Assembly (NCBI GenBank): GCA_035493435.1 | Contig: DATJII010000286.1 | Span: forward strand, 2,463-66,462 | Origin: Candidatus Limnocylindria bacterium | GTDB taxonomy: Bacteria > Verrucomicrobiota > Verrucomicrobiia > Limisphaerales > UBA9464 | Length of the DNA: 64,000 nucleotides | Direction: 5' to 3' | Shown here: piece after piece, positions 19,769 to 30,053 of the stretch | Layout of the letters: the number at the start of each line of letters is the position of its first letter | Numbering within the stretch: the stretch's first letter is position 1 | Position numbers and translations under genes: made by a program | Notes under the pieces: model-generated | What the model saw: only the letters and a program-made list of their open reading frames with translations | Told to the model about the DNA's origin: nothing | Database searches by the model: none

Positions 19769-19954
19769 AAGTTGCCCGTACGGGCTATTTCAACCGACTC
19801 CGTGCGTCACGCAGATCTTCAATTTGCCGATCTTGGATTTACTCTATTGAGACCAATTCGCTGTCGTGGACCGGGCTCTTTCGATGTTGCCAAGGGGGAT
19901 TGGATCCGGCGAACTTGGGTGGGTTGAGTCTTCCGCCAGGACGAGTGTGCTGGC

Positions 19955-20437
19955 TTGGATTTCACGAAGGTTTGGACTCGTATGACACATTTGTTTCGCT
20001 GCGCACTGATGATGGGGTTGATTTACCTTTGCTGCGGATTTCACACCGCAACGATCGATCCGGTCGAAGCCTTTCGGTTGGAGCACCCAAACGAGGCAAA
20101 ATACTATGTGAACCTATATCCGGCCAGTTTTGATATATACAGGAGAATCCAAATTTTAAACTCGGCTCAGATTAAGTCCATCGCCACAACGTTAAAGTCA
20201 ATGGGGAAAGACTGCCCTGGAGCGGCCAAGTATGGGGTCAAACTATTGGAAACACAGAAACAGGTCGACGATTCGGCCGCCGTATATTACCGGAGTTTTG
20301 AAGAGATGACCGCCAATGCCGCCTATTTGTTCCAATTCGAATGGCGGAAGGATGATAAGCTTGAGGTGGGCTTCCTGGCCTTGCGCGATGGCGAGATCGT
20401 CAAACGTGAAGTGTTCTCGCCACTTGCTCCTTACTAG
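19955..20437 (+). CDS. Hypothetical small secreted/membrane protein (ORFan)
   Basis: ORF only. Possible start at MTHLFRCALMMGLIYLCCG (19982). No recognisable motif, and AT-richer than its neighbours. Confidence 0.4.
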   Translation: MDFTKVWTRMTHLFRCALMMGLIYLCCGFHTATIDPVEAFRLEHPNEAKYYVNLYPASFDIYRRIQILNSAQIKSIATTLKSMGKDCPGAAKYGVKLLETQKQVDDSAAVYYRSFEEMTANAAYLFQFEWRKDDKLEVGFLALRDGEIVKREVFSPLAPY

Positions 20438-21786
20438 CGACCTTCTTTGGAGTCAGAGGGCCCGTCGTGTGGAACATTGCCGCCCGCCTCCAACGAGGCG
20501 CAAACCACCTCGGCTTCGCTGCGGGCGAAGACGTGGCGATTCGCAAAGGCGGGCGGGGCATAGACGAATTTGAACTGCCCAAACGGCCAGGTCGGATCGA
20601 TCAGGTGAGCCCGGCTGATTTCTCGATATCCGGTCGGGGACAATTGCGCATGGATCAGGTTGCCTTCGTCGGTAAATAGAAAGTATGTGTTTCCTTGGGG
20701 CGTGATGTTGATGCTCGCACCATTCTTCGCGGCGGTGAGGCAGTTCGTGGACCACAGTTGACGGCCGGTAGCTGCTTCCAGGCAGACGAACTCGCCTCCA
20801 GTCCTGGCGCTATAGATATAATCCCCGAGCAACAGCGGAGTTGAGGCGTGGCTCAGGATGCGTTTCGACGGCGTGCGAATCTCCGGCCAGCGAATGGTGG
20901 CGGTCGGCGCGTTCGAATTGACCTCAAGCATCAGGCCGCTCACCAGCAGCCGGTTCCCCTGAAAAACGGGTGTGGCGGCGGAGTCATTGTTGCTGGTGGC
21001 CATGGTTTCCCGCCAATAGGTGTGGCCATCGGTCGGGTCCAGGGAGGAGAGGGCACTGTCGCTCCAGGCGATCAGTTGCCGTTTGCCACCGGCGGTGATG
21101 ATGATGGGTGAGCTATTGGAGACCGGATCGTCGAGCGCTTTCCAGACTTCTTTCCCGGTCATCTTGTCGAGGGCCAGGACGCTGGCGCCGGGTTTCGCGC
21201 CGGTGAAAAGAACCAGCAACGGCCCATCGATTAATGGCGAGGGGCGGCACGACATCTCCGCCACCTGGTACTCCTTGCCGATGTTCTTTTCCCAGAGAAC
21301 CGTCCCGGTCTTGACGTCGAGACAGTGCGTGTTGCCGCTCGCGGCCACGATATAGATCCGGTCACCGTCCACAATTGGCGTGGCTGTGGGGCCCGCCCCA
21401 CGCTCGGGAACATAGGTCCATTCGCTATATTTTTCGTCGTAGGAATAAACCCAAAGGACCTTGCCCGTCTTTTCCTCAAAGCAATGGAGGCGCTCATGGG
21501 CCGTGGGCTGGACCAACTCCACGTCCAGGACAAACACCCGGCCTGCGGCCACCACCGGACTCGCCCACCCTCCGCCTACGGGATGTCGCCATTTAATCTC
21601 CAATCCACTGCTGGGAAAGGACTCCAGGATTTCGGTCTCCGCCCATTGTCCATCCCGATGGGGTCCGCGAAACTGGGGCCAATCGAGGGCCAGGGTCGCC
21701 TGTGCGCCAAGGAGGAGGGTTGCCGCCGTCGCAGCAAGCACCTTCAAACGAGGGGCTGCCAACGGCCTTGGCACTACGGGAGACAT
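20434..21786 (-). CDS. PQQ-like/BamB-like beta-propeller repeat protein, secreted
   Basis: Signal peptide plus DWPQFRGP..DG. Repeated W...(G)..SSP....G.(V/I) blade patterns are typical of PQQ-like repeat proteins. Confidence 0.75.
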   Translation of the reverse strand: MSPVVPRPLAAPRLKVLAATAATLLLGAQATLALDWPQFRGPHRDGQWAETEILESFPSSGLEIKWRHPVGGGWASPVVAAGRVFVLDVELVQPTAHERLHCFEEKTGKVLWVYSYDEKYSEWTYVPERGAGPTATPIVDGDRIYIVAASGNTHCLDVKTGTVLWEKNIGKEYQVAEMSCRPSPLIDGPLLVLFTGAKPGASVLALDKMTGKEVWKALDDPVSNSSPIIITAGGKRQLIAWSDSALSSLDPTDGHTYWRETMATSNNDSAATPVFQGNRLLVSGLMLEVNSNAPTATIRWPEIRTPSKRILSHASTPLLLGDYIYSARTGGEFVCLEAATGRQLWSTNCLTAAKNGASINITPQGNTYFLFTDEGNLIHAQLSPTGYREISRAHLIDPTWPFGQFKFVYAPPAFANRHVFARSEAEVVCASLEAGGNVPHDGPSDSKEGR

Positions 21787-21865
21787 AAGAGAAGGATACC
21801 AGAGCAGGCAGACAGTTGCAAGGCAGGCCGGCTTTCTGCGGTTTCTCCCAAGTCGGGCCTAACAT

Positions 21866-21957
21866 CAGCCGACCTCGTCGTGGCCACCGACGTGAGGAGG
21901 TGGACGGCGCTACTTAAATATCACCTCGTCCTTCCGCCTCGTTACCTCGTCGGCTAC
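21866..21957. repeat. REP-like imperfect inverted repeat downstream of the DinB-like gene
   Basis: ccaccgacgtgaggaggtggacgg, then spacer cgctacttaaat..., then cgtccttccgcctcgttacctcgtcggctac. The left arm is near-identical to the copy at 6797. Confidence 0.65.
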
Positions 21958-21977
21958 GGGCGTGGCCACGCGACTAT

Positions 21978-22583
21978 CTACTGTCGCCGCACGTCGCCGA
22001 GTCCCGCGATAATCCGCTCAATCTGGACCCGGTGGATGGCGAGATGCGTTCCGGCGATCGCGTGCCATCCGGCGGCGTCGAGTGAACCAAACCAAGGGTG
22101 CAGGTATCGGACACCTGTCTTGAGATTGGGAATCGAGGCCACGGTGGCCAGCAAGTCGTCACACGATTTTTCATAGTCACCCACAACGGCGGCATTGACC
22201 GACGTGCTGGGCTTTACGTTGGCGGTGCTGGCTCGGCCCGCAGGTGTCTTCCCTTGGCTCAATTGGGTTATTACCTGCATGAAGGACCGGTGAATAATGC
22301 GAAGGTGATCCAATGTCATCCAGATCGACCAGTACCGGCTGCTGTCTTCCATTCCCCGGGGGCGGGCGATGAGTACACGCTTGCCGCAGGCGTCTGGCGG
22401 GCAGGTGGCCAACAATTCCCGAATCTTCTGGCGCTCGAGTTGGAACCGGGCATCGAACGTCGTCCGGTTGCCGGCCCAGCGATTCACCGCGAAGAGCAGG
22501 CGACCGATATAAAGCTCGGGCTTCGGCAATCCGGCGCCGGGCGGAGCCAGTTGAGGTTCGGGAATTGAATCCATGACCGCCAT
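21978..22583 (-). CDS. DinB-family (four-helix bundle) protein
   Basis: His-containing helices (LDHLRIIHRSF, AGTHLAIHRVQI) fit the DinB_2 metal triad pattern. Divergent from an HxlR regulator. Confidence 0.6.
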   Translation of the reverse strand: MAVMDSIPEPQLAPPGAGLPKPELYIGRLLFAVNRWAGNRTTFDARFQLERQKIRELLATCPPDACGKRVLIARPRGMEDSSRYWSIWMTLDHLRIIHRSFMQVITQLSQGKTPAGRASTANVKPSTSVNAAVVGDYEKSCDDLLATVASIPNLKTGVRYLHPWFGSLDAAGWHAIAGTHLAIHRVQIERIIAGLGDVRRQ

Positions 22584-22657
22584 CTTGCCATATTACTTGC
22601 GTTTTACAAGCGATAATACTTGTGGATTGCAAGTAATTGTTTGGGTAGCATCCACGC

Positions 22658-23029
22658 ATGGCCAAAGCTGTAGCCAGAACTGCCAGGAAGCCGTCGGTGA
22701 CGTCACGCCGATCCCCTTGTCCCGTGGCGTGCTCGCTCGATATCGTCGGAGACCGTTGGACGTTGCTGATCGTCAGGGACCTGGTTCTCGGTCGGTCACG
22801 GTTCAAGGACTTCGCGGGTTCGCCGGAAGGCATTCCCACGAACATCTTGAGTGATCGCCTAGAGCGCCTCCTGGAGCATGGACTTGTGGATCAGATACCG
22901 GCACCGGACGGCACCAAGCGTTTGGCCTATCAACTGACCAAGAAGGGGGAAGCCCTGCGTCCGGTGCTGGAAGCTTTGCGTGATTGGGGTTTGGCTTGGG
23001 ACAAATCAACGCGCGTTCTCCTGAAGTAG
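22658..23029 (+). CDS. HxlR-family winged-helix transcriptional regulator
   Basis: CPVACSLDIVGDRWTLLIVRDL...F..F......I.TN.LSDRL..L...G.... Confidence 0.85.
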   Translation: MAKAVARTARKPSVTSRRSPCPVACSLDIVGDRWTLLIVRDLVLGRSRFKDFAGSPEGIPTNILSDRLERLLEHGLVDQIPAPDGTKRLAYQLTKKGEALRPVLEALRDWGLAWDKSTRVLLK

Positions 23030-23365
23030 AGTTGAAGTTGAAAGGTCGACGCCCATTGAAGCGAGGCCCAGAGGTTCGAACAATGTGGCTGGATTTCACA
23101 AGATTGTGTCGTTTAAGAGCAAGATATCTGTGAAGTTCTCGACTATGCTCTCTCCGACACAACGATGACCTTGGAACTCCAAAAAATGGAATATTGACGT
23201 GAGCGTGGTCCGGCGGTTGAGCGTAATGCTGGGAGGCAGGGCGTGTTGGGGCCGGTTGGTCAATTGGGTTTAGCTGCCATCCTGTCGTTTACGTGATTTT
23301 GCAAATCCCATGGATCTCGCCACCTTGGCTAAAGTTGATCCGGAAGAAATGACCCTCGGCCGTTT

Positions 23366-24448
23366 ATGAAGACTATTCTTTGTTCAGTCCTCGCCTTGGT
23401 GGTTGGGGCCTCATTGTCAGTTGGCGCTGAGGATGCGAAAGCGACCAACGCAATTGCGTCGCCTATCGCGCAGCGTCCTGGCAACCGCGGGACGTCCAAT
23501 TCGAACGATGTCTTCTACACCCTGGGACCCGATTCCAAACCCCGCGATGGCGTGCCGAAGGGAAGGTTCACGGAGGCCAAGGTGATTCCGAGCAAGGTAT
23601 TTCCTGGGACACAGCATACCTATTGGGTCTATGTCCCGGCGCAGTATGACCCCAGCCGGCCAACAGCGGTGATGATTTTCAACGACGGGCAGGCGATGAA
23701 GGCGGAGCCCGGCGACGTGCAGGCCCAAAACGTCTTGGACAACCTGATCTTCCGGCGGGAAATTCCGGTCATGTTGGGCGTGTTCATCAATCCCGGCCGG
23801 CGTCCAGACCAGCCTGAACCGAATCCCCGGGACTGGGGTGACCGTACCTCCAACCGTCCGGATGAGTATAATCCGCCCACCGACAAATATGGCCGGGTGA
23901 TCGTCGACGAACTGATGCCCGCGCTGCGGGTGGAATATAATATTTCAACCGACCCGGAATTGCACGGGATCATGGGCAGCAGTTCGGGTGGCTGCGCGGC
24001 GTTTGCAGTGGCATGGTTTTGGCCAAATGATTTTCGCAAGGTGATCACCTTCGTGGGCAGTTTCACGAGTATCCGCGGGGAATATATTTATCCGGAGTTG
24101 GTGGCGGAGAGCGAGAAAAAGCCGATCCGGATCTTCATGCAGGACGGACGCAATGACAATCGGAGGCCCGGCAATCCCAATGGCGACTGGTTCTACCAAA
24201 ACGTCCGGCTGATGAATGCGCTGACGAAGAAGAACTACGAGGTGAACTACTCGTGGGGTATTGGCAATCATGGGCAGAAACAGGGAGGTGCCATTTTTCC
24301 GGAAATGATGCGATGGCTTTGGCGGGACCAGCCCGTGTCCACTGACCCGGAAGATCAGGTGGAACGATCTTTCCGGCACCCGGCTCAATCGGCGTCGGAG
24401 ACGAACCAAGTACCGACTGCGACTACTCCCAAGGACGCAAAAATCTGA
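23366..24448 (+). CDS. Secreted alpha/beta-hydrolase esterase (enterochelin-esterase/CE1-like)
   Basis: Signal peptide. [10 protein letters not shown]. Nucleophile elbow GSSSGG. Paralogous to 27963..29156. Confidence 0.75.
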   Translation: MKTILCSVLALVVGASLSVGAEDAKATNAIASPIAQRPGNRGTSNSNDVFYTLGPDSKPRDGVPKGRFTEAKVIPSKVFPGTQHTYWVYVPAQYDPSRPTAVMIFNDGQAMKAEPGDVQAQNVLDNLIFRREIPVMLGVFINPGRRPDQPEPNPRDWGDRTSNRPDEYNPPTDKYGRVIVDELMPALRVEYNISTDPELHGIMGSSSGGCAAFAVAWFWPNDFRKVITFVGSFTSIRGEYIYPELVAESEKKPIRIFMQDGRNDNRRPGNPNGDWFYQNVRLMNALTKKNYEVNYSWGIGNHGQKQGGAIFPEMMRWLWRDQPVSTDPEDQVERSFRHPAQSASETNQVPTATTPKDAKI

Positions 24449-24556
24449 ACAGGCATGAATCAGAAAACGTCCGGGTTGCGTGCGCAAGGTCCGCGGGTTG
24501 AACTTCGGGTTCCTGCGTCGGCAATCGGGGCTGGTTCAACCGGTAGATTTTAGTGA

Positions 24557-25666
24557 ATGGAATACATGAAACGAGTTATTGGCCCCACGGGGGTGATGCG
24601 GGCGGGTCGGAAAATGAGCTCCGTTTGGATGGCCATGTTACTCATCCTAGCCGGATGGTGCGGGCTTACAGTTCGCGCCTTCACGTCGGCGGACGCGGAC
24701 GCAATTTTCCAGTCTCATGCCCAAGTCTTTTACCAAGAGAAAGATGGGAAGGCGTGGTTTAAGGAATCCACGGAGGGCTCCAAGAAGACCTCCTACTGGA
24801 TGTGGGCTGAACAATTGGAGATGGTGTTGGACGCCTACGAACGCACGAGGAATCCGCAGCAGATCGAGATGTTCACCAAGTTGTTCCAGGGATTCCTGGA
24901 CAAGCACGGCAAGAATTGGTCCCACAACGAGTTCAACGACGACATCATGTGGATGGTGATCGCCTGCACCCGCGCCCACTTGTTGACGGGCAACGTCGAA
25001 TTTCGCGATGTGGGCCGCACCAACTTTGACCTCTGTTTTGCCCGGGCCACTTCGGAAGACCTCGGCGGGGGCCTCTGGTGGAAGGTGGACAGTAAATCGA
25101 AGAATGCCTGCATCAACGGCCCGGCATCCATCGCCGCCTTCCTCATGGGGAAAGCCACGGGTGAAGCCTCGTATCTCACCAAGGCGACGAATCTCTTCCT
25201 TTGGGAGCGGGCGACATTGTTTGATCCGGTGACCGGTCGTATCTCCGACAGCATCGGCCGCAACGGCAAGGTGAACCACATGGCCTTGACCTATAACCAA
25301 GGAACTTTTGTCGGCGCCGCAAATTTTCTTGGCTACACCAACGAGGCGATGCTCGCGGCCAAGTTCACCATGAGCACGCTGTGTAAAGATGGAATGCTCC
25401 CAGCGTATGGCGACGACAACGACGGTGGCGGGTTTAATGGCATTGGGGTGCGATGGATTGCCCGGTTTATGGAGGAACGCCACGCCGAATCCACTTTTGA
25501 GGCGTGGTTGCAAAAGAACGCCGACGCCGCCTGGGCCGCCCGACGTCCCTATGACGGTCTCTCGTGGTGTCGCTGGCCAGAACCGACCCCACCGGATCGA
25601 CGCCAATATTCTTTCGGCTGCAGCAGTGCCGTGGTGGTCATGCAGGTGGCGAAACCGCAAAAATAA
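24557..25666 (+). CDS. Glycoside hydrolase family 76-like (alpha-1,6-mannanase)
   Basis: YWMWAEQLEMVLDAYE, NDDIMWMVIA (DD catalytic pair context), GGLWWK and NGPA are typical GH76 blocks. Confidence 0.7.
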   Translation: MEYMKRVIGPTGVMRAGRKMSSVWMAMLLILAGWCGLTVRAFTSADADAIFQSHAQVFYQEKDGKAWFKESTEGSKKTSYWMWAEQLEMVLDAYERTRNPQQIEMFTKLFQGFLDKHGKNWSHNEFNDDIMWMVIACTRAHLLTGNVEFRDVGRTNFDLCFARATSEDLGGGLWWKVDSKSKNACINGPASIAAFLMGKATGEASYLTKATNLFLWERATLFDPVTGRISDSIGRNGKVNHMALTYNQGTFVGAANFLGYTNEAMLAAKFTMSTLCKDGMLPAYGDDNDGGGFNGIGVRWIARFMEERHAESTFEAWLQKNADAAWAARRPYDGLSWCRWPEPTPPDRRQYSFGCSSAVVVMQVAKPQK

Positions 25667-25910
25667 CCAAATAGCGACGGACACGACAAGCGCGGGAGAA
25701 GCCGGATGTCGCGAAATGGATATAAAGAGATTGTCCGTCTCGAATGCATATCCCTTGGTCAAAATATCAAATCGTCTGGTTATCCGAAGGCTGGGTAAAA
25801 CGGGTGAGCGGGATGAACTGGACTTATAAAATGAAATAAGTCTGTGAGATGCTCCGCGCCGCGCTAATTGTGCTTGAAGGGCGGGCAGTGGCGGCGTAGT
25901 TGTCTCCCCC

Positions 25911-26861
25911 ATGCGCCTCGAAAGTCTGGCCCTTGCCGTTCCCCTTGCCGTTGTCACGGGCGTTGCGACATGGTTTATCGCGCGGCGGCAGAGAAAGGGC
26001 GAGCTGGTGGCGACGGCGCGGGCCACGAGTGGCAGCGGCTATAACGGGTTTACCTTTCGAAGCAGCCAGACCTTCGTAGCCACGGCGATGGTCCTGGCGT
26101 TCATTGCCGCAATACTTACTTATCTTCTCGGGCGCTCGGAGACCAACGACGAAATGCAAATGGGCGCCCTGGTGGTGGCGGCCATTGTCATCCTGATGAC
26201 CACTCTCTTCATTATCGCGGCTGGCTTCAACGCGATGAACCTGACCGAGCAGAAGCAGCCTTTGGGACTTCCGGAGGGCAGCATCCGAGCCATGATCGCG
26301 CTTATATTAATCATGGTTTTCATCATTTTCGGCATCTATTTGTTCCGGATGGTTGGCCAGGGGTCGTTTCAGGTGATCGAAGTCAAGGCTTCGAATCCCA
26401 CCCGGGAGGACCTGGAACGCTATGAGAAGGCGGGAGCCCGTGCGACGACGATCGAAACCAATTCGTTTGGACAGTTTATCGTCCGGGCCTACATGCCCGT
26501 GGCGGATGACGGCAAACGGGTGGCCCAACAATTGATCACTACCGTGGGAACGTTGGTGGTGGCTGTTTCGGGCTTCTATTTTGGCAGCAGTGCGACGGCC
26601 AGCCAGCAAAGAAGCTTCGAAACGTCTCCAGCCGGCGCCGATCCGGAGTCACTCCGTGCGATTGAAGAAATGATAAAGATCACCGAGGACGAGCTGGCTC
26701 AACTTTCCGGACAGATTGCTTCGCAAAAGCAGGCAAATCCTCCCGATCCCGGGAAACTCGGGAATCTGGAAACAAAACTGGAGTCCGTTAAGAAACGGCT
26801 CGAACAGCTCCGCAAGATGAAAAGCGCGGGCACCGGAGCAGTTGCGAAAAAGATAGTGTGA
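25911..26861 (+). CDS. Hypothetical polytopic membrane protein with C-terminal coiled coil (ORFan)
   Basis: About 5 hydrophobic helices (e.g. GALVVAAIVILMTTLFIIAAGF, IRAMIALILIMVFIIFGIYLF). The C-terminal segment is heptad-like (EDELAQLSGQIASQKQ...LETKLESVKKRLEQLRKMK). Confidence 0.55.
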   Translation: MRLESLALAVPLAVVTGVATWFIARRQRKGELVATARATSGSGYNGFTFRSSQTFVATAMVLAFIAAILTYLLGRSETNDEMQMGALVVAAIVILMTTLFIIAAGFNAMNLTEQKQPLGLPEGSIRAMIALILIMVFIIFGIYLFRMVGQGSFQVIEVKASNPTREDLERYEKAGARATTIETNSFGQFIVRAYMPVADDGKRVAQQLITTVGTLVVAVSGFYFGSSATASQQRSFETSPAGADPESLRAIEEMIKITEDELAQLSGQIASQKQANPPDPGKLGNLETKLESVKKRLEQLRKMKSAGTGAVAKKIV

Positions 26862-26901
26862 ATCCGCCAGGCGGCTGGCGGATCAAGCGCGAACTGATGG
26901 A

Positions 26902-27930
26902 TTATTTATACGCAATGGCAGCGCTCGAGGGCCCGGCGAGGTGGATCACTTCAAACCGTTTGAAGCCCACTTCACTGCACCATTGGCGGAAATCGGCGCC
27001 GGAGTAGTCGAAGGCGTCGCCGAATTCGATGAGCATGTTCAGCGACATCAGGAGGCCCTGGACGTTTTCGCGCCGGGCGTCATCGATCAGTGCTTCGATG
27101 GCGACCAAAGCACCGCCTGGCGGCAGGGCGTTGTAGGCCGCGCGGATAAGGTGCATCTTCTTTTCCAAGTTCCAGTCGTGCAGGATCATGCCCATGGTGA
27201 TCAGGTCAGCCTTGGGTAACGGGTCTTGGAAGAAATCCCCCGCGGCGGTTCGCACACGGCTTTCGAGTCCGGCGTCCGCGATATGTTTCCTGGCGATCGG
27301 TTCGACAGGTGGCAGATCGAAGGAGGTGCACTGGATATGCGAGTGGCGCTTGGCGACCTCAATGGAAAGGAGTCCGGTGGCACCACCGACGTCGCAAAGG
27401 GTCTGAAATTTTGAGAAATCGAATTTCTCGGCGAAGGCCTCGAAATTGATGCGCGACAGTCCGGTCATCGCTCCCATGAATTGTTCCAGGCGCGGCAGGT
27501 CTGAGTAGAGTTCCTCGAAGATACCCTTTTGGCCGTGCTTGACCTCGTTCTGTGGCTTCCCGGTACGGAGCGCCTCCGGCAGATCGTGCCAGAACTTGAA
27601 GAGGCGAGCGTTGAGCATCACCAGGATGCCGCCCACATAACGGGGACTCTTCTGATCAAGGTAGAGCGCGCCTTCCGGCGTATTGAAGTACCTAGCCGTG
27701 GGACCGTCACCTTCGCGGCAGAGAAACCTCATCGCTACGAGCGTATCAAAGAAATCGGCAATGGCGCGGGGATGGAGTTGTAGTTCCGTGCCCAGTTCGG
27801 CGCCGGTCACCCTGCGATTCGCAAGTTGGGTGAAGAGACCGAATTCGACGGCAGTGAGAAGGACTTTGGAGGACCAGAACGAGAAGGCCGTCTGGAGAAT
27901 AGCATCGGGGGTGGGATGTTGATCAGGCAT
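26902..27930 (-). CDS. Class I SAM-dependent O-methyltransferase (family 2, with dimerisation domain)
   Basis: LCDVGGATG (SAM motif I), GDFF.DPLP.ADL and ILHDW. Start set at MPDQHPT (ATG complement of 27928-27930) because the longer ORF overlaps the upstream gene. Confidence 0.8.
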   Translation of the reverse strand: MPDQHPTPDAILQTAFSFWSSKVLLTAVEFGLFTQLANRRVTGAELGTELQLHPRAIADFFDTLVAMRFLCREGDGPTARYFNTPEGALYLDQKSPRYVGGILVMLNARLFKFWHDLPEALRTGKPQNEVKHGQKGIFEELYSDLPRLEQFMGAMTGLSRINFEAFAEKFDFSKFQTLCDVGGATGLLSIEVAKRHSHIQCTSFDLPPVEPIARKHIADAGLESRVRTAAGDFFQDPLPKADLITMGMILHDWNLEKKMHLIRAAYNALPPGGALVAIEALIDDARRENVQGLLMSLNMLIEFGDAFDYSGADFRQWCSEVGFKRFEVIHLAGPSSAAIAYK

Positions 27931-27962
27931 GGGCAAAGAGTGTTTTAAAGTTTCTAAGCCGC

Positions 27963-29156
27963 TTAGTTGTGAGCCACATATCCTTTCCAAAGCCACTCCA
28001 GGGCTTCGGGAAGGGTTTGGTTTCGGACGGCCCCGGCGACGTGGCCAGCATTGAGCGCGTAAACGTATTGATAGTGGTAGCCTTTGGCTTTCAAGACCTT
28101 GGCCATGCGGTTGTTGGCTTCCACCCAATCGTGCATGTCGTCCCTCATGACGTTGGGATTCAGTAGGTCCCGGTCGCCCACTTCCATCCAGAGGCGAATC
28201 GGTTTCGGGGCGCTTTGCGGGATCAGTTTATCGTGGAAATCCCAGGCGCCTCCAGGAGTCTCGGGGTTGAAGGGCCATTGCTGGTTCACGTAGGTGCCGG
28301 AGTAGGTAAGGACGCGGTGGTACCATTCCGGGTGATACCAAGCCATGATCAGGGCTGCTGACCCACCTGAGCTATTGCCCATGGTTGCCCGGGCTTCGGG
28401 GTCTTTGGAAAGCTTGATGCCATAATTGCTTTCCACTAGAGGCAACACTTCGGTTTCGATGAACTCCGCGAACTTGCCAGACATCGTGTCGTATTCGAGG
28501 CCACGCTGACTGCCCTGGGCGTCGCCGCCGCCGTTGGCAATCATGATGACGGCCATGGCGGGAACACGATGGTCGGCGATCAGGTTGTCCAGGACATGCG
28601 GCAGTGACATGTCGGGATGGCCGAATCCAGGGCCGTCGTGAGTCACCATGAAAGGAGTGGGAGTGCCGGGCACGTATTGGCGGGGTATGTAAACGGTGAT
28701 CGTCCGTTTGTATGGCGCAGGATGGGTCTCTACGATCAAGGTCTTGGGATTATTCGGATCCACCGTGCCGAACACCTTCCGTCCGATACCGGGATAGAAC
28801 TTGCTGTTGGTCGAATCCATGATGAATTGCTCCACCTTGCCTTGGGGAACGTTGGTGTTCTGGGTCAGCTCCGGCGCTTTAACGTAAATGGGGCCAATTA
28901 AGAAATTGCCATCGACGGTGGCGGGTGGGTTCGCACCGGGCGCACCTTCAGTAGGGTTTGTCGCAGGGTCATCCGCAACGGGTGCCTTCAAGGCAGCCCT
29001 GGCGAGAGTCCCTGCATTCGGCCCCGCTGGAATCAATGTCGGGGTACCGGGATTGGTCGGTGGCCGGATGGCTGGGTCCGCAGCCACAGTCATCGTCGCC
29101 AGCGCCAGAAGACCGATGGAGTGGGCCAAGGACAACACGTTCAGGGGGTGCTTCAT
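27963..29156 (-). CDS. Secreted alpha/beta-hydrolase esterase (paralogue of 23366..24448)
   Basis: Signal peptide. ITVYIPRQY. Nucleophile elbow GNSSGG. Has the same overall block order as the other esterase. Confidence 0.75.
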   Translation of the reverse strand: MKHPLNVLSLAHSIGLLALATMTVAADPAIRPPTNPGTPTLIPAGPNAGTLARAALKAPVADDPATNPTEGAPGANPPATVDGNFLIGPIYVKAPELTQNTNVPQGKVEQFIMDSTNSKFYPGIGRKVFGTVDPNNPKTLIVETHPAPYKRTITVYIPRQYVPGTPTPFMVTHDGPGFGHPDMSLPHVLDNLIADHRVPAMAVIMIANGGGDAQGSQRGLEYDTMSGKFAEFIETEVLPLVESNYGIKLSKDPEARATMGNSSGGSAALIMAWYHPEWYHRVLTYSGTYVNQQWPFNPETPGGAWDFHDKLIPQSAPKPIRLWMEVGDRDLLNPNVMRDDMHDWVEANNRMAKVLKAKGYHYQYVYALNAGHVAGAVRNQTLPEALEWLWKGYVAHN

Positions 29157-29331
29157 CGGCGAAGGCTACGGGGGCGCAGTTAGGATTCAAGCTTCCATGC
29201 AATTCCGGTTCCCCTTGCTGCGCTACGCCCTTCGGTTTCGCCATTCGTGCCGTTTGCAGTCCAAACTTTCCCTTCGCGGTTGGCCCGTTTAGCGTCAGGC
29301 TTGTGGTCCGGGCAAAAGTTCAACGGCATTT

Positions 29332-29961
29332 GTGAATACTCAAGCGATTCAAGGACGCACGCCGTGGTGTATTCCTGGTGTGGTTGCGCATGTCCAGCAA
29401 AGGCTGACTGAACTCATAGCTGAACTGGACACAGATGACCGGTCAGTGTGGCTGCGCCATTTCCTCGGACCCAAGATCCGGAGATACTCGCTAAATAAGC
29501 GACTAACAGATGACGCTGAACTCAAGCTTTTCGATGATTTCGATGGGGAGCGATTGGTCTGCCGAGGGGAGTGTTTGAGTCGTTGGTCGATTTCAACTGA
29601 TCGAGCTGTCCTTGACGATGGGTCGTCCACTATCTCAGAGGAGGAGGCGTCGAGGTCGATCATGATTTGGGCGTATTCGGTGGTTTTGGTGTCGGTGGGA
29701 GTTATGCCTTCTCTCGACAGGTGTTTGATTGAAGAAGTGGATTGCTTTGGCCGGCTTAGCAAAGCGGTCTATTCGCTTCCGCAAGGTCTCCAGACCTTGC
29801 GTCTTGAGCCCATCATTGGAGGACGAATTGAAGAACGCGTCGATTATGATGAGTATCGAGACCGGCTTGCTATGGTGAAGCCCAGCTACCCCGACACCGC
29901 AAAGGGTGAATCTGGTGGAGCCGTTGATTCTCCCCCTGAAGCTGGCGACGAGTCCGGTTAA
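29332..29961 (+). CDS. Hypothetical protein (island ORFan A); start uncertain
   Basis: ORF only. GTG start, with no in-frame ATG for about 100 codons. Acidic tail. No motif recognised. Confidence 0.35.
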   Translation: MNTQAIQGRTPWCIPGVVAHVQQRLTELIAELDTDDRSVWLRHFLGPKIRRYSLNKRLTDDAELKLFDDFDGERLVCRGECLSRWSISTDRAVLDDGSSTISEEEASRSIMIWAYSVVLVSVGVMPSLDRCLIEEVDCFGRLSKAVYSLPQGLQTLRLEPIIGGRIEERVDYDEYRDRLAMVKPSYPDTAKGESGGAVDSPPEAGDESG

Positions 29962-30053
29962 GGCTGTGTCGTCGGTGGCCAATGCCGTCATGCTTGAGTC
30001 ACGGCAACGGTGCGTCAGGCAACTGCGGTGTAATATGGACTTTCCATTACGAT

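Noticed and set aside
20434-20437. Convergent genes whose stop codons overlap in a palindromic CTAG.
   Set aside because: The overlap is real in the sequence but probably incidental. The upstream ORF (19955..20437) is itself a low-confidence gene call.
24647-26026. 459-codon minus-strand ORF antisense to the GH76 gene. Similar long antisense ORFs occur at 15751..16569, 17840..18775, 43007..43732, 21325..22176 and 438..1031.
   Set aside because: Their translations are Arg/Pro/Gly-rich low-complexity sequence with no motifs. Each lies fully opposite a gene with clear family signatures. These are the typical shadow ORFs of GC-rich DNA.
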